Positions 23,786-33,714 of a DNA stretch of 64,000 nucleotides are shown piece by piece. The stretch's first letter is position 1. Every line of letters starts with the position of its first letter. The notes under the pieces were generated by a model that did no database searches, had not been told where the DNA came from, and saw nothing but the letters and a program-made list of their open reading frames with translations. The DNA lies in the NCBI GenBank assembly GCA_040882355.1, contig JBBEBM010000017.1:62001-126000 (forward strand). The letters run 5' to 3'. Made by a program: the position numbers and the translations under genes. The stretch comes from Dehalococcoidia bacterium (lineage in GTDB: Bacteria > Chloroflexota > Dehalococcoidia > DSTF01 > RBG-16-68-14).

Positions 23786-24187
23786 GTGAGCAGACGTCGC
23801 GAGCGTGTCGAAGTCGATTTGCCGTTCATCCACGTCTTCGTGGATGGCGACGGCGTGCGGATCGGCTCGAACGACGACGAGGGGGTGATCGACTTGGAGA
23901 TGGACGACAGCGGCGAGTACCGGGCCGTGCGACGCTCAGTCCGCAAGCGCCTCCGGTTCTTCCGGCACGCCTTCACGTACGTCGCGCTCAACGGCGTCTT
24001 CGTACTGCTCGACTGGTCGACGGGCGGATCGGGCGTTGGCATCAACTGGGCGCAGTGGGTGGCGCTGATCTGGGGCGTCTTCCTGGCGTGGGAGTTCATC
24101 TCCAACTTCGTCGGGCCGAACCTCTGGGGCCGCGAGGCCGAGGAGCGCCTGGTCGAACGCGAGCTGCGCCGCCGCCGCGACGCCTAG
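23786..24187 (+). CDS. 2TM-domain membrane protein
   Basis: FFRH..TYV..N, two TM helices and a EERLVERE tail. Confidence 0.75.
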   Translation: MSRRRERVEVDLPFIHVFVDGDGVRIGSNDDEGVIDLEMDDSGEYRAVRRSVRKRLRFFRHAFTYVALNGVFVLLDWSTGGSGVGINWAQWVALIWGVFLAWEFISNFVGPNLWGREAEERLVERELRRRRDA

Positions 24188-24206
24188 GGCGCCCACGAAC
24201 CTCCGA

Positions 24207-24932
24207 ATGGAAGTCATCGCCTCCATCGACGTGCGCGGCGGGCGCTGCGTCCGCCTGGTCCAGGGCGACTACGACCGCGAGACCGTCTTCTCCGACGACC
24301 CCGTCGCCATGGCGCGACGCTGGGAGGCGGAAGGCGCGCCTCGCATTCACGTCGTCGACCTCGACGGCGCGCGTGAGGGGCGCCCCGTGAACGACCAGAC
24401 CGTTCGGAGCATCATCGAGGCCGTCGCTGTGCCCGTGCAGGTGGCGGGCGGCGTGCGCACGCTGGAGGCAGTCGAAGGCTGGCTGGCCGCGGGCGCCGAC
24501 CGCGTCGTGCTGGGCACCGCCGCCGTCCGCGATCCGTCGCTCGCTGAGGAGGCGGCGCGGCGTTACGGCCAACGCATCATCGTCTCGCTTGACGCGCGCG
24601 ACGGCTTCTTCGCCGCCGAGGGCTGGCGCGAGGTGACCGACCAGCGCGCCGACGACTTGCTGCGTCGCTTCGCGGAGCTTGGGGTGCAGCGCTTCGTCTT
24701 CACCGACATTGGCGTCGATGGCACGCTGACCGCGCCCAACTTCGACGCGATCGAGGCGCTCGTGCGCGCCTCGCCGACGAAGATCATCGCCTCGGGCGGC
24801 ATCGCGCAGGTCGCGCACCTCCTCCGGCTCGCGGAGATCGGCGCTGAGGGCGCCATCCTCGGCCGCTCGCTCTACGATGGCCGCGTCGATCTACGAGAAG
24901 CGCTGCGCGCGGTGAGGGGCTTTCCGAAATAG
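24207..24932 (+). CDS. hisA: ProFAR isomerase HisA
   Basis: VRLVQGD, HVVDLDGA, TDI..DG and IASGG. Confidence 0.96.
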   Translation: MEVIASIDVRGGRCVRLVQGDYDRETVFSDDPVAMARRWEAEGAPRIHVVDLDGAREGRPVNDQTVRSIIEAVAVPVQVAGGVRTLEAVEGWLAAGADRVVLGTAAVRDPSLAEEAARRYGQRIIVSLDARDGFFAAEGWREVTDQRADDLLRRFAELGVQRFVFTDIGVDGTLTAPNFDAIEALVRASPTKIIASGGIAQVAHLLRLAEIGAEGAILGRSLYDGRVDLREALRAVRGFPK

Positions 24933-25056
24933 ATTAGAATGGCGCTGACGTGTCATCCTGGGCAAGCGAAGGAACTTTCGGAGCTTCGTTCACAAGGTTC
25001 GATTTCGGAAGAAGCGCAATTAGCCTGGAGGCAACGCTGGGCCCGTCAATCTGATT

Positions 25057-25815
25057 ATGCTCACCAAGCGCATCATCCCCTGCTTCGACGTCGATAACGG
25101 GCGTGTCGTCAAGGGCATCTCCTTCGTGGAGCTGCGCGACGCCGGCGATCCGGTCGAGCTCGCCCGTGTGTACGAGGAGCAGGGCGCCGACGAGCTGGTG
25201 TTCCTCGACATCACTGCCTCATCGGACGATCGCCAGACCGTCTACGACATGGTCGCGCACGTCGCGGACCAGGTCTTCATCCCGTTCACGGTCGGCGGCG
25301 GCGTGCGCAGCGCCAACGACGTGCGCGTGCTGCTGGAGCTGGGCGCGGACAAGGTCTCGCTCAACACGACAGCCGTCGCCGAACCGGAGGTCGTGGCTCG
25401 CTGCGCAGAGCGCTTCGGCAACCAGAACATCGTCGTCGCGATCGATGCGAAGGCCGTCGGCGAGGGCAAGTGGGAGGTGTTCACGCATGGCGGGCGCCGC
25501 CCGACCGGCCTGGACGCCATCGAATGGGCGAAGCGCGTGGTCGAGATCGGCGCGGGCGAGCTGCTGCTGACGTCGATGGACACCGACGGCCACCTCACCG
25601 GCTACGACCTGCCGCTGACGCGGGCCGTGTCGGAGGCGGTGTCAGTGCCCGTGATCGCGTCGGGCGGCGCGGGCGAGCCGCGCCATCTGGCGGACGCGAT
25701 CACGCAAGGCAAGGCCGACGCTGTGCTCGCCGCGAGCATCTTCCACTTCGGCACGTACAGCGTTCGGGAAGTCAAGGAGTATCTGGCCGCGCAGGGCATT
25801 GCCATGCGGTTATAG
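25057..25815 (+). CDS. hisF: Imidazole glycerol phosphate synthase subunit HisF
   Basis: [22 protein letters not shown] and AASIFH. Confidence 0.98.
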   Translation: MLTKRIIPCFDVDNGRVVKGISFVELRDAGDPVELARVYEEQGADELVFLDITASSDDRQTVYDMVAHVADQVFIPFTVGGGVRSANDVRVLLELGADKVSLNTTAVAEPEVVARCAERFGNQNIVVAIDAKAVGEGKWEVFTHGGRRPTGLDAIEWAKRVVEIGAGELLLTSMDTDGHLTGYDLPLTRAVSEAVSVPVIASGGAGEPRHLADAITQGKADAVLAASIFHFGTYSVREVKEYLAAQGIAMRL

Positions 25816-25831
25816 GAGACGAGGCGAAGGA

Positions 25832-26158
25832 ATGGCAGACGAGAGGATGGAGTTGGATTTCGCGAAGGGCGGAGGACTGATCCCCGCGATCATCCAGGAC
25901 GCGGACACCGGTGAGGTGCTCACGCTCTTCTATATGGATGAGGAGGCCGTCCGCAAGACGCTGGAGGAAAAGCTGGTCTGGCGCTTCAGCCGCGCTGAAA
26001 ACAAGCTCATGCGCAAGGGCGATTCGTCAGGCCACGTCCAGCACGTCGACAGCGTGGCGACAGACTGTGACAGCGATGCGCTGGTGGTGCGGGTGCACCC
26101 CGTCGGACCCGCCTGCCACACGGGCGAACGCACCTGCTTCCACAACCCGCTGACCTAG
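25832..26158 (+). CDS. hisI: Phosphoribosyl-AMP cyclohydrolase (no HisE domain)
   Basis: GLIPAIIQD, DCDSD and ACHTG..TCF. Confidence 0.92.
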   Translation: MADERMELDFAKGGGLIPAIIQDADTGEVLTLFYMDEEAVRKTLEEKLVWRFSRAENKLMRKGDSSGHVQHVDSVATDCDSDALVVRVHPVGPACHTGERTCFHNPLT

Positions 26159-26202
26159 AGCGTCGCCGTCGTCGGTAAGTCGAACCTCGCTACCCGTAGA
26201 GG

Positions 26203-26252
26203 CGTAGTCCGGCACTACGTGCTTCCTGGGCAAGCTGAGGGGCCGGACTACG
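26203..26252. repeat. GTAG-type REP-like inverted repeat
   Basis: CGTAGTCCGGC-N28-GCCGGACTACG. Confidence 0.6.
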
Positions 26253-26316
26253 ATTGTGCCTGCGTATCACTCGCGAGGGTTCTCCGTTAGACTAAAGAAG
26301 CTTTTTTCGGGAGCTG

Positions 26317-28398
26317 GTGATGATTCTCTTTCTCGTTGGCCTCGCTTTCATGGCGCCGGTGTTGATCTTGTTCGTCGACCCGACGCATGACTATCTGCCG
26401 GTGATGCAGGACATGCGCGACTTCGTGGTGATCACGCGGCTCGCTGCGACGGTGGCGTTCACAGGCGGCGCGTTGCTGTGCGGCGCGGTGCTCCTGGCGC
26501 TCGATCGCTGGCCGGCGGCGCGCTGGCCGCGGCTGCTGGTCGTGACGACGCTCGCGTTCGTTGCGGTCAACGTGCTGGCGCTCATCTTCGCGGAGGACTG
26601 GCGGACCAGCTTCTGGGGGGTGTTCCAGCGCTATCAGGGCTTTGCTACGACGCTCGTCTACGTGCTGCTCTTCATCGTCGCCGCGTTCGCCGTCCGCTCG
26701 ATGCGCGACCTGCGCCTGCTCCTCTGGGCCGTCTTCGCGGGCGCGATGGTCGCTGTGGTGTACGCGCTGGCGCAGAAGGCAGGATGGGAGTGGATCGAGT
26801 GGTCCGGCCGCTCGATAAGCCGCCCATTCTCGACGATGGGCCAGGCGAACAACTTCGGCGCGTACCTGGTTGCCGTGGTTCCGGTAGCCGCCTTCCTGGC
26901 GCTCACGCTGCGCCAGCGCTGGCAACTCGCGGCCATTGGGGTGGCGATTGCCGCCATGCTCGCAGCGCTGCTGTTCACGGTGAGCCGCTCCGCCTACATA
27001 GGTCTCGCTGCCGTGCTCCTCATCTGGGGCTTCGCAGCAGCGCGCTGGTTCCTGCCGTCGCTCGTGCCGGACGAGCAGCGACGCCGCGGCCTGCAAGTCG
27101 GCGTCATTGCCGCGGCAGCGGCGCCTCTGGTGCTCGCATTCGTGGTGGTGTTCTTCGTCGGCCTTCCACAGGGGCGCGTCGCGGTCCTCAGCGAAACGAA
27201 CGACGAGGCGATTTCGGGCCGCCGCACGCTCTGGGTGATGGCTGCCGAGATGACCTTCGACCGGCCGCTGCTCGGCTACGGGCAGGACGCATTCGCCACC
27301 AAGTTTTCGGACTACCGCGACCGCCCGGACCTGTCGGGCATCGGGTTCCGGTCCGTCAATCCGGAGAGCGCGCACAACTTCTTCCTCGACCTGTCGTCCG
27401 GCACGGGGATCCTCGGCCTCCTCTCCTTCCTTGCGCTGGTCGGGGCGGTGCTCTGGCTTGCCGCGCGTCGTGCCGACTCGACCGAGAACGTGACGCTGCG
27501 CCTGGCGATCGTCGGACTGGGGAGCGCGGTGATCGGCTACCTCGTCACGATCTCCTTCGGGTTCGCGGAGGCGATGACCACATGGCTGTTCTGGTTGCTT
27601 CTTGGGGCGCTTGCTGGCCTGCTCCTGGAGCGCCCGGCCGGGACCGAAGATGGCAACCCGAGCCGCGCTTCAGCGTTCGATAGCAGCGATGAGCCGCTGA
27701 CCCGCCGCCAGCGGCGAGAGCAAGCGCGCCGCACTGACAAGCAAGCGCGCCGCGCCGCGGAGATGCAGTCCAGCCTGCTGGTCACGGGCGTCGCGGCGGT
27801 GAGCCTTTCGTTGGTGGGGGCGGCGCTGCTGGCGTGGGCGGCTATGATCACGGCGGCGGACCTTGCGGCGGGCCAGGCCGACGCGGCGGCGGAGCGGCAG
27901 GAGTTTGATCCTGCCGTAGACCTGGCAAGCCGGGCCGTGAGCCTGAATCCGTTCAGTCGCCTGTACCTGTACGACGAAGCGCAATACCGGCAGCGCTCCG
28001 GCGCCAGCGACGCTGCTGGCGAGGCGAAACTAGAAGGAGCGATCGCCACGTACGAGGACCTCATCGACCGCTTCACGCCCGAAGCCAACGACTATCTGGG
28101 CCTTGCGACGGCCCACCTGATGAGGGCGGAGGTCACAGAAACGCCGGTCGAACAGGTTGCCCCTACGGTGAAGACGCTGCTCGAGCACGCGTTAGACGCC
28201 GAGCCGTTCAACGGCGAGGTCTGGCTGGCCATTGCGAATACGTACCAGTTCCAGCTCAACGATCTACAGCGCGCCTATGAGATCCGTGTCGAGGCCTACT
28301 GCTGGGGGGTCGACTGCGAGAACGCGGAGCCGCCTGAGGACGGTCTGCTCCCGCCCGAGACGCCTTCCCCGACGCCTTCACCGTCAGCGGTGCCTTAG
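26317..28398 (+). CDS. O-antigen ligase-like (Wzy_C) membrane protein with TPR-like C-terminus
   Basis: STMGQANNF, SRSA, RPLLGYG and AHNFFL motifs. Confidence 0.85.
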   Translation: MMILFLVGLAFMAPVLILFVDPTHDYLPVMQDMRDFVVITRLAATVAFTGGALLCGAVLLALDRWPAARWPRLLVVTTLAFVAVNVLALIFAEDWRTSFWGVFQRYQGFATTLVYVLLFIVAAFAVRSMRDLRLLLWAVFAGAMVAVVYALAQKAGWEWIEWSGRSISRPFSTMGQANNFGAYLVAVVPVAAFLALTLRQRWQLAAIGVAIAAMLAALLFTVSRSAYIGLAAVLLIWGFAAARWFLPSLVPDEQRRRGLQVGVIAAAAAPLVLAFVVVFFVGLPQGRVAVLSETNDEAISGRRTLWVMAAEMTFDRPLLGYGQDAFATKFSDYRDRPDLSGIGFRSVNPESAHNFFLDLSSGTGILGLLSFLALVGAVLWLAARRADSTENVTLRLAIVGLGSAVIGYLVTISFGFAEAMTTWLFWLLLGALAGLLLERPAGTEDGNPSRASAFDSSDEPLTRRQRREQARRTDKQARRAAEMQSSLLVTGVAAVSLSLVGAALLAWAAMITAADLAAGQADAAAERQEFDPAVDLASRAVSLNPFSRLYLYDEAQYRQRSGASDAAGEAKLEGAIATYEDLIDRFTPEANDYLGLATAHLMRAEVTETPVEQVAPTVKTLLEHALDAEPFNGEVWLAIANTYQFQLNDLQRAYEIRVEAYCWGVDCENAEPPEDGLLPPETPSPTPSPSAVP

Positions 28399-28949
28399 CG
28401 AACCCCGCTCCAGGCTCGCACCAGCCGCCGCGACTCCGGCTCGACCAGCGCGACATCAGGAAACCCGATCTGCTCCCACTGGCCGTACGCGGCGGCGCTG
28501 TCGAGGTCGAGTAGGTCGCTCAAGTAGAGGGTGAGCAGCAAGCCGTGCGAGACGATAGCAGTGTCACGCCCGCCGGCGCCTTCGTTGATCCTCGCGACAC
28601 AGCGACGCACCCGCTCCAGCGCTGCCGCGCGCGCCTCCCAGCCGGCGACCGCCTCGCCCGCGAGGTAGCGCCGCACGAGGTCACGATACCCCTCGCCGGC
28701 CCAGGGACGCTCCACTTCACGCAGGTCCGGCTCGATGTAGACGGGCAGGCCGTGGCGCGCCGCGATGCGTTGGGCGGTGCCCGTTGCTTTCGGCTCAGAG
28801 CTGCAATGGAGGGCATGGACCTCCGCCCAGTAGGGTTCGGCGGCGAGCGCTTCCGCGGCGGCGCGCCCCTCCTCCGACAGGTACCACTGCGAAGAGGGGC
28901 GGTCCTCGCGCACGGCGACAGCGGCGTGTCGAACGAGGTAGAGGCGCAT
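28395..28949 (-). CDS. Histidine phosphatase family protein
   Basis: LYLVRHA, LRE and IVSHG. Confidence 0.9.
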   Translation of the reverse strand: MRLYLVRHAAVAVREDRPSSQWYLSEEGRAAAEALAAEPYWAEVHALHCSSEPKATGTAQRIAARHGLPVYIEPDLREVERPWAGEGYRDLVRRYLAGEAVAGWEARAAALERVRRCVARINEGAGGRDTAIVSHGLLLTLYLSDLLDLDSAAAYGQWEQIGFPDVALVEPESRRLVRAWSGVR

Positions 28950-28950
28950 G

Positions 28951-29658
28951 TTAGGGGTCGATCAGGTCGAGCACTTCGAGCAGCGAGGTGACGACCGGGC
29001 AATCGACGGCTGGCGCGTTGCATTCGCGGTCGATGAGCACCGGGGCAATGCCCACCGTCCGCGCGCCAAGCACGTCCGAGACGTAGGAGTCGCCCACGTA
29101 GACTACCGCGCTCGGCTCCAAGCCGGCGCGCGCGAGCGCGAAGCGGAAGATGTCGGGATGCGGCTTGGCGGTGCCTACCGCGGCCGACGCGACGACGAAG
29201 TCGAGATGGCGCGTGACCTCGTGCGCGTGGAGGATCGGCACCAGGTCCGTCCCCCAGTCGGAGACGACCCCCTGCCGCAGGCCGCGTTCGTGCGCGCGGT
29301 CGAGCGTGGCTAGCACCTCCGGGTAAGGCTCCCACTGGCTCGGCTGCTGGTACCAGTCGTAGAGTGCGTCGCCCGCCGACAGCAGCTCCTGGCGGGGCAG
29401 GTCAGCGCCGGCGTCGAGCAGCGCCCGCACGTAGTACTCGGTCCAGAAGCTGCGGGCGCGTTCGTCGGAGTCGTACGCGCCGAGGCCGTCCTGATCGACG
29501 CGGGCGTAGAAGAAGTGGCCGACGTCCGGCAACGGCCGTTCTCGCGCGAGGTCGATGCCGAGCTGATGCGAGAGGAACTCCCAGATGTCGCGGGCCTCAG
29601 GCCGTGGCCGCATGAGGGTGCGGCCTGCATCGTAGAGGATCGCGCGGACGGTGCTCAT
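28951..29658 (-). CDS. HAD-IA hydrolase
   Basis: D(AGR)TL motif I, KP.P.IF and VGDSY..DV.GA. Confidence 0.88.
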   Translation of the reverse strand: MSTVRAILYDAGRTLMRPRPEARDIWEFLSHQLGIDLARERPLPDVGHFFYARVDQDGLGAYDSDERARSFWTEYYVRALLDAGADLPRQELLSAGDALYDWYQQPSQWEPYPEVLATLDRAHERGLRQGVVSDWGTDLVPILHAHEVTRHLDFVVASAAVGTAKPHPDIFRFALARAGLEPSAVVYVGDSYVSDVLGARTVGIAPVLIDRECNAPAVDCPVVTSLLEVLDLIDP

Positions 29659-29785
29659 GAGGGGCTACGGCTACATGATAGCGGCTGCGCGACGATGAAC
29701 GCAGGCCCGCGAGTTGATCGTTGGGCGTCCTGCCGGTTACGGTAGGCGCAGCAGCGCTGCGAGCGCTGGAGGCGTATCGAGAGGG

Positions 29786-32365
29786 ATGGCAGAGTCGTCG
29801 CGACCGTGGACCGGGCCCGCCGTCGGGGCTGAGCGCCCCGCGTTCGGTTCAAGGCTCACGACGCTCGCGCCTACCGCGCGCCGCGCCCTGGACCTCGCGG
29901 TGGTGGCGATCGGCGGCGCCTGGCTGGGCTACTACCTGATCACGCCGCTCCCCTTCATCGACCTCGAGGCCTTCCGCGCCACGGTGATGTTGCACATCGT
30001 CACGGGGCTGGTGCTCCTGCCGTACCTGGCTTCGCTGGTAGTGACGCGAAGGTTGCCGGGCGGGAGCGTGCTTGACGTGCCGTTGCTGGCGCTGCTGGGC
30101 GCCTACGTGCTGGCGACCGTCGCTTCCGAGAACTGGCGCGTGAGTCTGGAGGTGACGCTCGTCGCTGTTATGGCGATGGCCGGCTTTTACGTGCTCTCGG
30201 ACGGCTGGCTCCTTCGCCGCTGGCAGGTCGAGACCGCGTTCATGCTCGCGGCCCTGGCCGCGGCGATGAAGGCGATCTGGATCGTGGGCGGCGATTACCA
30301 GGACTGGTTGCAACTAACCCGCGCCGTCGAAGGCGGCCTGTCGCTGGGTGACCTGATCCCGCCGACGGTGCCCAAAGTGCATGACGTGGGCGATCACCCA
30401 AACCTGCTCGGCGCGATCCTGGCGATGAGCCTGCCGTTCTTCCTGGTGACGGTGCTGCGGCCGGTGCCGCTGGCTCTGCGGGCGCTCGCGGCGGTGGGAG
30501 CGGGCGTGCTCCTGCTCGCGATCTTCCTCGCCCTGTCGCGCGCGGCGTGGCTGGGGGCCGGTCTCGGCTGCCTGACCACGGCAGGCCTGCTGTTCGCGGC
30601 CACGCCTCGCTGGCGAGAGCTGCTGCGTAGGGCATGGCCTGAGACGCCGCACCGGCGCTGGGCGCTCGGGTTCGCCGCGTTCGCGCTGCTGCTCCTCTGC
30701 GCGGCGGTCGCGCTCTACTTCGTGAGCTCCGTGGAGTCGCGGCCCCTCTGGCTCTTCCGGCCGTCGGGCGGGCCGCGCTGGGACGTGATGACCGCCGGCG
30801 CGGAGATGGTGCAAGACTACACCCTGCTGGGCACAGGGCCGGGCGTCTTCGCGCTGCTCTATCCCCAGTACAGCGGCCTCTATCCGAACCACGCCTTCCA
30901 CTCGCACAACGGCTACCTGCAGACGATGGTTGACCTGGGCGTGCCGGGCGTGTTGGCGATGCTCGCGCTGGCTGGAGCGCTCGGCTGGCTGCTGGTGCGC
31001 TCGCTCTGGCGCGCGCCAGACGAGTCGAAGCTCACGCTCGCCGCGTGCGGCGGGGCGCTCGTCGCCTTTGCCGCCTTCAGCACGCTGGACGCGCCGAACG
31101 CGTTCAAGGGCCCGCTCATGGCGCTCGCGGCGGTGGCTGCCCTTGTCGTCCTCAGCGCGCGAGACGCCGGTGCGCGAACGGACCTGCGCGTCGGCTGGGC
31201 GCCCTGGGCGCACGCGGCGGTTCGCGTCGCGATCCCGGTCGTGCTCGCGGGGCTGCTGATCACGTGGGGCCGGCTCGACTTCGCTCACTACTACTACAGC
31301 AACGCGCTGGGCAACGCGAACGCCGGCCGCTGGACGGACGCCATCGATGAGGCGGACCACGCGGTGGAGCTCGATCCGGACTTCGCGGTCTACCGGTTGG
31401 AGTTGGGCACCATCCAGGGCCAGGCCTACCTGGACACCAACAACCCATCGTTGTTGCGGGACGGGATGGCGCAGCTCGATCGAGCCGTGGAGCTTGAGCC
31501 GCGCAGCGCGATCGCCCACGTGAACCTGGCCCGCCTGCTGGCGGAGTCGGGTGACCGGGACGGGGCGAGAGACGAGGCGCTCGCGGCGCTCCGCTACGAC
31601 AACAACGACGCCGCGGTCGCGCTGGCCGCGGGCACGGTGCTGGAGGCCGCGAACTGGGGCGATGACGCGGTCACCGCCTACGCGCGCGCTCTCTTCCACG
31701 ACCTCAACCTGGCGGAATCGCCGTTCTGGTCAGGCAGCGCTTTCAGGCGCACGCGCTTCGCCGACATCATCGCCAGCTCGGCGCTGATCTTCAATCCGTG
31801 CGCCCTGCTGAGCCTTTCGACCGCCGGTCTGCCCCAGGGACCGCTGACGAGGGACGAGGCGTTCGCCGCCTGTCGCGAACGGGCGGACAGCAACGCGAAC
31901 GACGCGGCGGCGCGCGTCGAAGTCGCCGAGGCGTTGATCGCGGCCGGCGCGCTGGAGGAGGCGTTCCCGTACCTGGAAGCGGTGCTGGCCTTGCAGCCGG
32001 ACAACGGTCCGGCGCGCACGGCCCTCGGGCGCTTGTACGCGGAGCAGGATCAGACCGAGCAGGCGCGCGACCAGTGGCTGCGCGCAGCGCAGCTCGGCGA
32101 GACGGACGCGCTGGTGCTGCTGGGCGACTCGTATCCGGAGGGCGAAGTGCCCCACGCGGTCGTTTCGTCGCTGCGATCGGATCTGGACAGGGCGGGCAGC
32201 GAGGTGCAGTTCCACCTGGTTGGTATCCTCTACTACCGCTTCAAGTTCTTCCGCGCCTCGCCGATCACGATCCTCCTGCCCGGGCCGTGGCAGGAGGCCG
32301 TGCCCGCGCGCTACGCCCGCGCCCAAGACGCGCTGGAGCGCTGGACGGGTGGGACCCCTCCGTGA
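29786..32365 (+). CDS. O-antigen ligase-like protein with multiple TPR repeats
   Basis: HPNLL, SRAAW, LLGTGPG, HSHNGYLQ and a TPR-like C-terminal half. Confidence 0.85.
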   Translation: MAESSRPWTGPAVGAERPAFGSRLTTLAPTARRALDLAVVAIGGAWLGYYLITPLPFIDLEAFRATVMLHIVTGLVLLPYLASLVVTRRLPGGSVLDVPLLALLGAYVLATVASENWRVSLEVTLVAVMAMAGFYVLSDGWLLRRWQVETAFMLAALAAAMKAIWIVGGDYQDWLQLTRAVEGGLSLGDLIPPTVPKVHDVGDHPNLLGAILAMSLPFFLVTVLRPVPLALRALAAVGAGVLLLAIFLALSRAAWLGAGLGCLTTAGLLFAATPRWRELLRRAWPETPHRRWALGFAAFALLLLCAAVALYFVSSVESRPLWLFRPSGGPRWDVMTAGAEMVQDYTLLGTGPGVFALLYPQYSGLYPNHAFHSHNGYLQTMVDLGVPGVLAMLALAGALGWLLVRSLWRAPDESKLTLAACGGALVAFAAFSTLDAPNAFKGPLMALAAVAALVVLSARDAGARTDLRVGWAPWAHAAVRVAIPVVLAGLLITWGRLDFAHYYYSNALGNANAGRWTDAIDEADHAVELDPDFAVYRLELGTIQGQAYLDTNNPSLLRDGMAQLDRAVELEPRSAIAHVNLARLLAESGDRDGARDEALAALRYDNNDAAVALAAGTVLEAANWGDDAVTAYARALFHDLNLAESPFWSGSAFRRTRFADIIASSALIFNPCALLSLSTAGLPQGPLTRDEAFAACRERADSNANDAAARVEVAEALIAAGALEEAFPYLEAVLALQPDNGPARTALGRLYAEQDQTEQARDQWLRAAQLGETDALVLLGDSYPEGEVPHAVVSSLRSDLDRAGSEVQFHLVGILYYRFKFFRASPITILLPGPWQEAVPARYARAQDALERWTGGTPP

Positions 32366-32382
32366 CGCAGGCCGCTCGGGCC

Positions 32383-32408
32383 GGACAGCCCTAAGGGTCT
32401 GTCCCTAC
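32383..32408 (-). repeat. GTAG-type REP-like hairpin overlapping the sulfotransferase stop
   Basis: Minus strand GTAGGGACAGACCCTTAGGGCTGTCC. Confidence 0.55.
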
Positions 32409-33668
32409 CAGGCCTTTCGCCCGCTCGCGCTCCCGAGCGCGGGCCTTTGCCGCGGCCGACGCGACCTCCGGTGAGCAGAGCTTTCGCCAGGCTGTGATCG
32501 TATTCGTCAGGCGCTCGCGGTCGAGATCGTCGCCTTGCGTCAGACTCTGGAAGAAGTAGGCGACGAGCCGCTCCGTGTCGACGAACTCGCGCGCCAGCTC
32601 GTGGTAGCGCTCGAAGCCGGGCGGCGGGAAGAGCGCATCGAGCTGCGCCTGCGCCTCGCCCAGCGCATCGAAGTAACGCGTCGAGGTGTTGTGCGCGGCT
32701 CGTATCGCCGGCGCGGCCGTTTCGCTGGAGCCGTTCGCGCGCGCCAGGGCGGGCTCCGGCATGCCGACGGCGTCGTTCCACGCCGCCTTCGCTGCCGCGA
32801 CGCGTTCCTCCAGCGCGAGCATGGCTTCGACGTAAGCGCGCGCCGTATCCGGCGAGACAGGCGGCGCGCTGGGGCGGACGCCGCCCAGCGTGCGCACGCG
32901 ATCGTACAGGCCGGCGAAGCGCGGCGAGACCGGTTGGACGAACTGCCGCAGCTTGCCCTCGACGTATTGCGGATCGAGCTCTCGCCCGACGAACTCCGAG
33001 AGAGCCCGCACCGTCTCGTCCGGCTGCTGGATCAGGGCGTCGTACTCGACGCACGTCGCGTCGAGATGGTAGTCGCGCACGACGTCGAGGAGGCGAGTGA
33101 GCTGCCACTCCCACGAACGCTCGATCACTCCGCGGTCGACGAGGCCGTAAATGCGCACGACCGAATGCAGGTACGCGTCCGGGCTGCGCAGACAGATCAC
33201 GATCTTCGGACGCCGCGGCAGGTGCGGCAGCCACGCCTCAAGCGTCGTGCTGAAGCGCGGGTCCTTCCAGCCGTCGACGGATGTCTTCGCCACGAGCTCG
33301 CGCATCTGTGCGGCGTAACGCTCGCCCACGGCGAGTACCGCCGCGCGCGAAGGCCAGCGATCGAAGCGCTCCATGCCCAGCTCCAGCAGGATGCCGTCGT
33401 TGAGCAGGACGACGGGCTCCTCTTCGTAGAAGCCGACCGGGTTGAACTCGGACGCCGGGCGCAGGGCATCCCCCATCGTCACGCCGGACTCGTGCAGCAC
33501 GCGGGCGACCGCGCTGGTGCCGGACCGGCCAGGCCCGGTCACCATGACGAAGTCGCCATCGGCGGGGTAGGAGAGGCTCGCCGCGAGCCCGCCGGGCATG
33601 ACCCGCCGGGCCGCGCTCAAAAGCGCGCGGCGAACGGTGGGCAGCGTGTACTCGAAGCGGCTGGCCAT
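32391..33668 (-). CDS. Sulfotransferase family protein
   Basis: VTGPGRSGTS (PAPS-binding loop), NPVGFYE, GWKDPR and VEYDAL. Confidence 0.85.
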   Translation of the reverse strand: MASRFEYTLPTVRRALLSAARRVMPGGLAASLSYPADGDFVMVTGPGRSGTSAVARVLHESGVTMGDALRPASEFNPVGFYEEEPVVLLNDGILLELGMERFDRWPSRAAVLAVGERYAAQMRELVAKTSVDGWKDPRFSTTLEAWLPHLPRRPKIVICLRSPDAYLHSVVRIYGLVDRGVIERSWEWQLTRLLDVVRDYHLDATCVEYDALIQQPDETVRALSEFVGRELDPQYVEGKLRQFVQPVSPRFAGLYDRVRTLGGVRPSAPPVSPDTARAYVEAMLALEERVAAAKAAWNDAVGMPEPALARANGSSETAAPAIRAAHNTSTRYFDALGEAQAQLDALFPPPGFERYHELAREFVDTERLVAYFFQSLTQGDDLDRERLTNTITAWRKLCSPEVASAAAKARARERERAKGLVGTDP

Positions 33669-33714
33669 GGCCTCGCCACCATGATAACCCGCGTGTCAGT
33701 CGGGTGTAACGGCG

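Noticed and set aside
21740..23833. Long antisense ORFs (e.g. 21740-23833, 13118-14881, 30314-31699)
   Set aside because: Shadow ORFs typical of high-GC coding DNA opposite well-supported genes.
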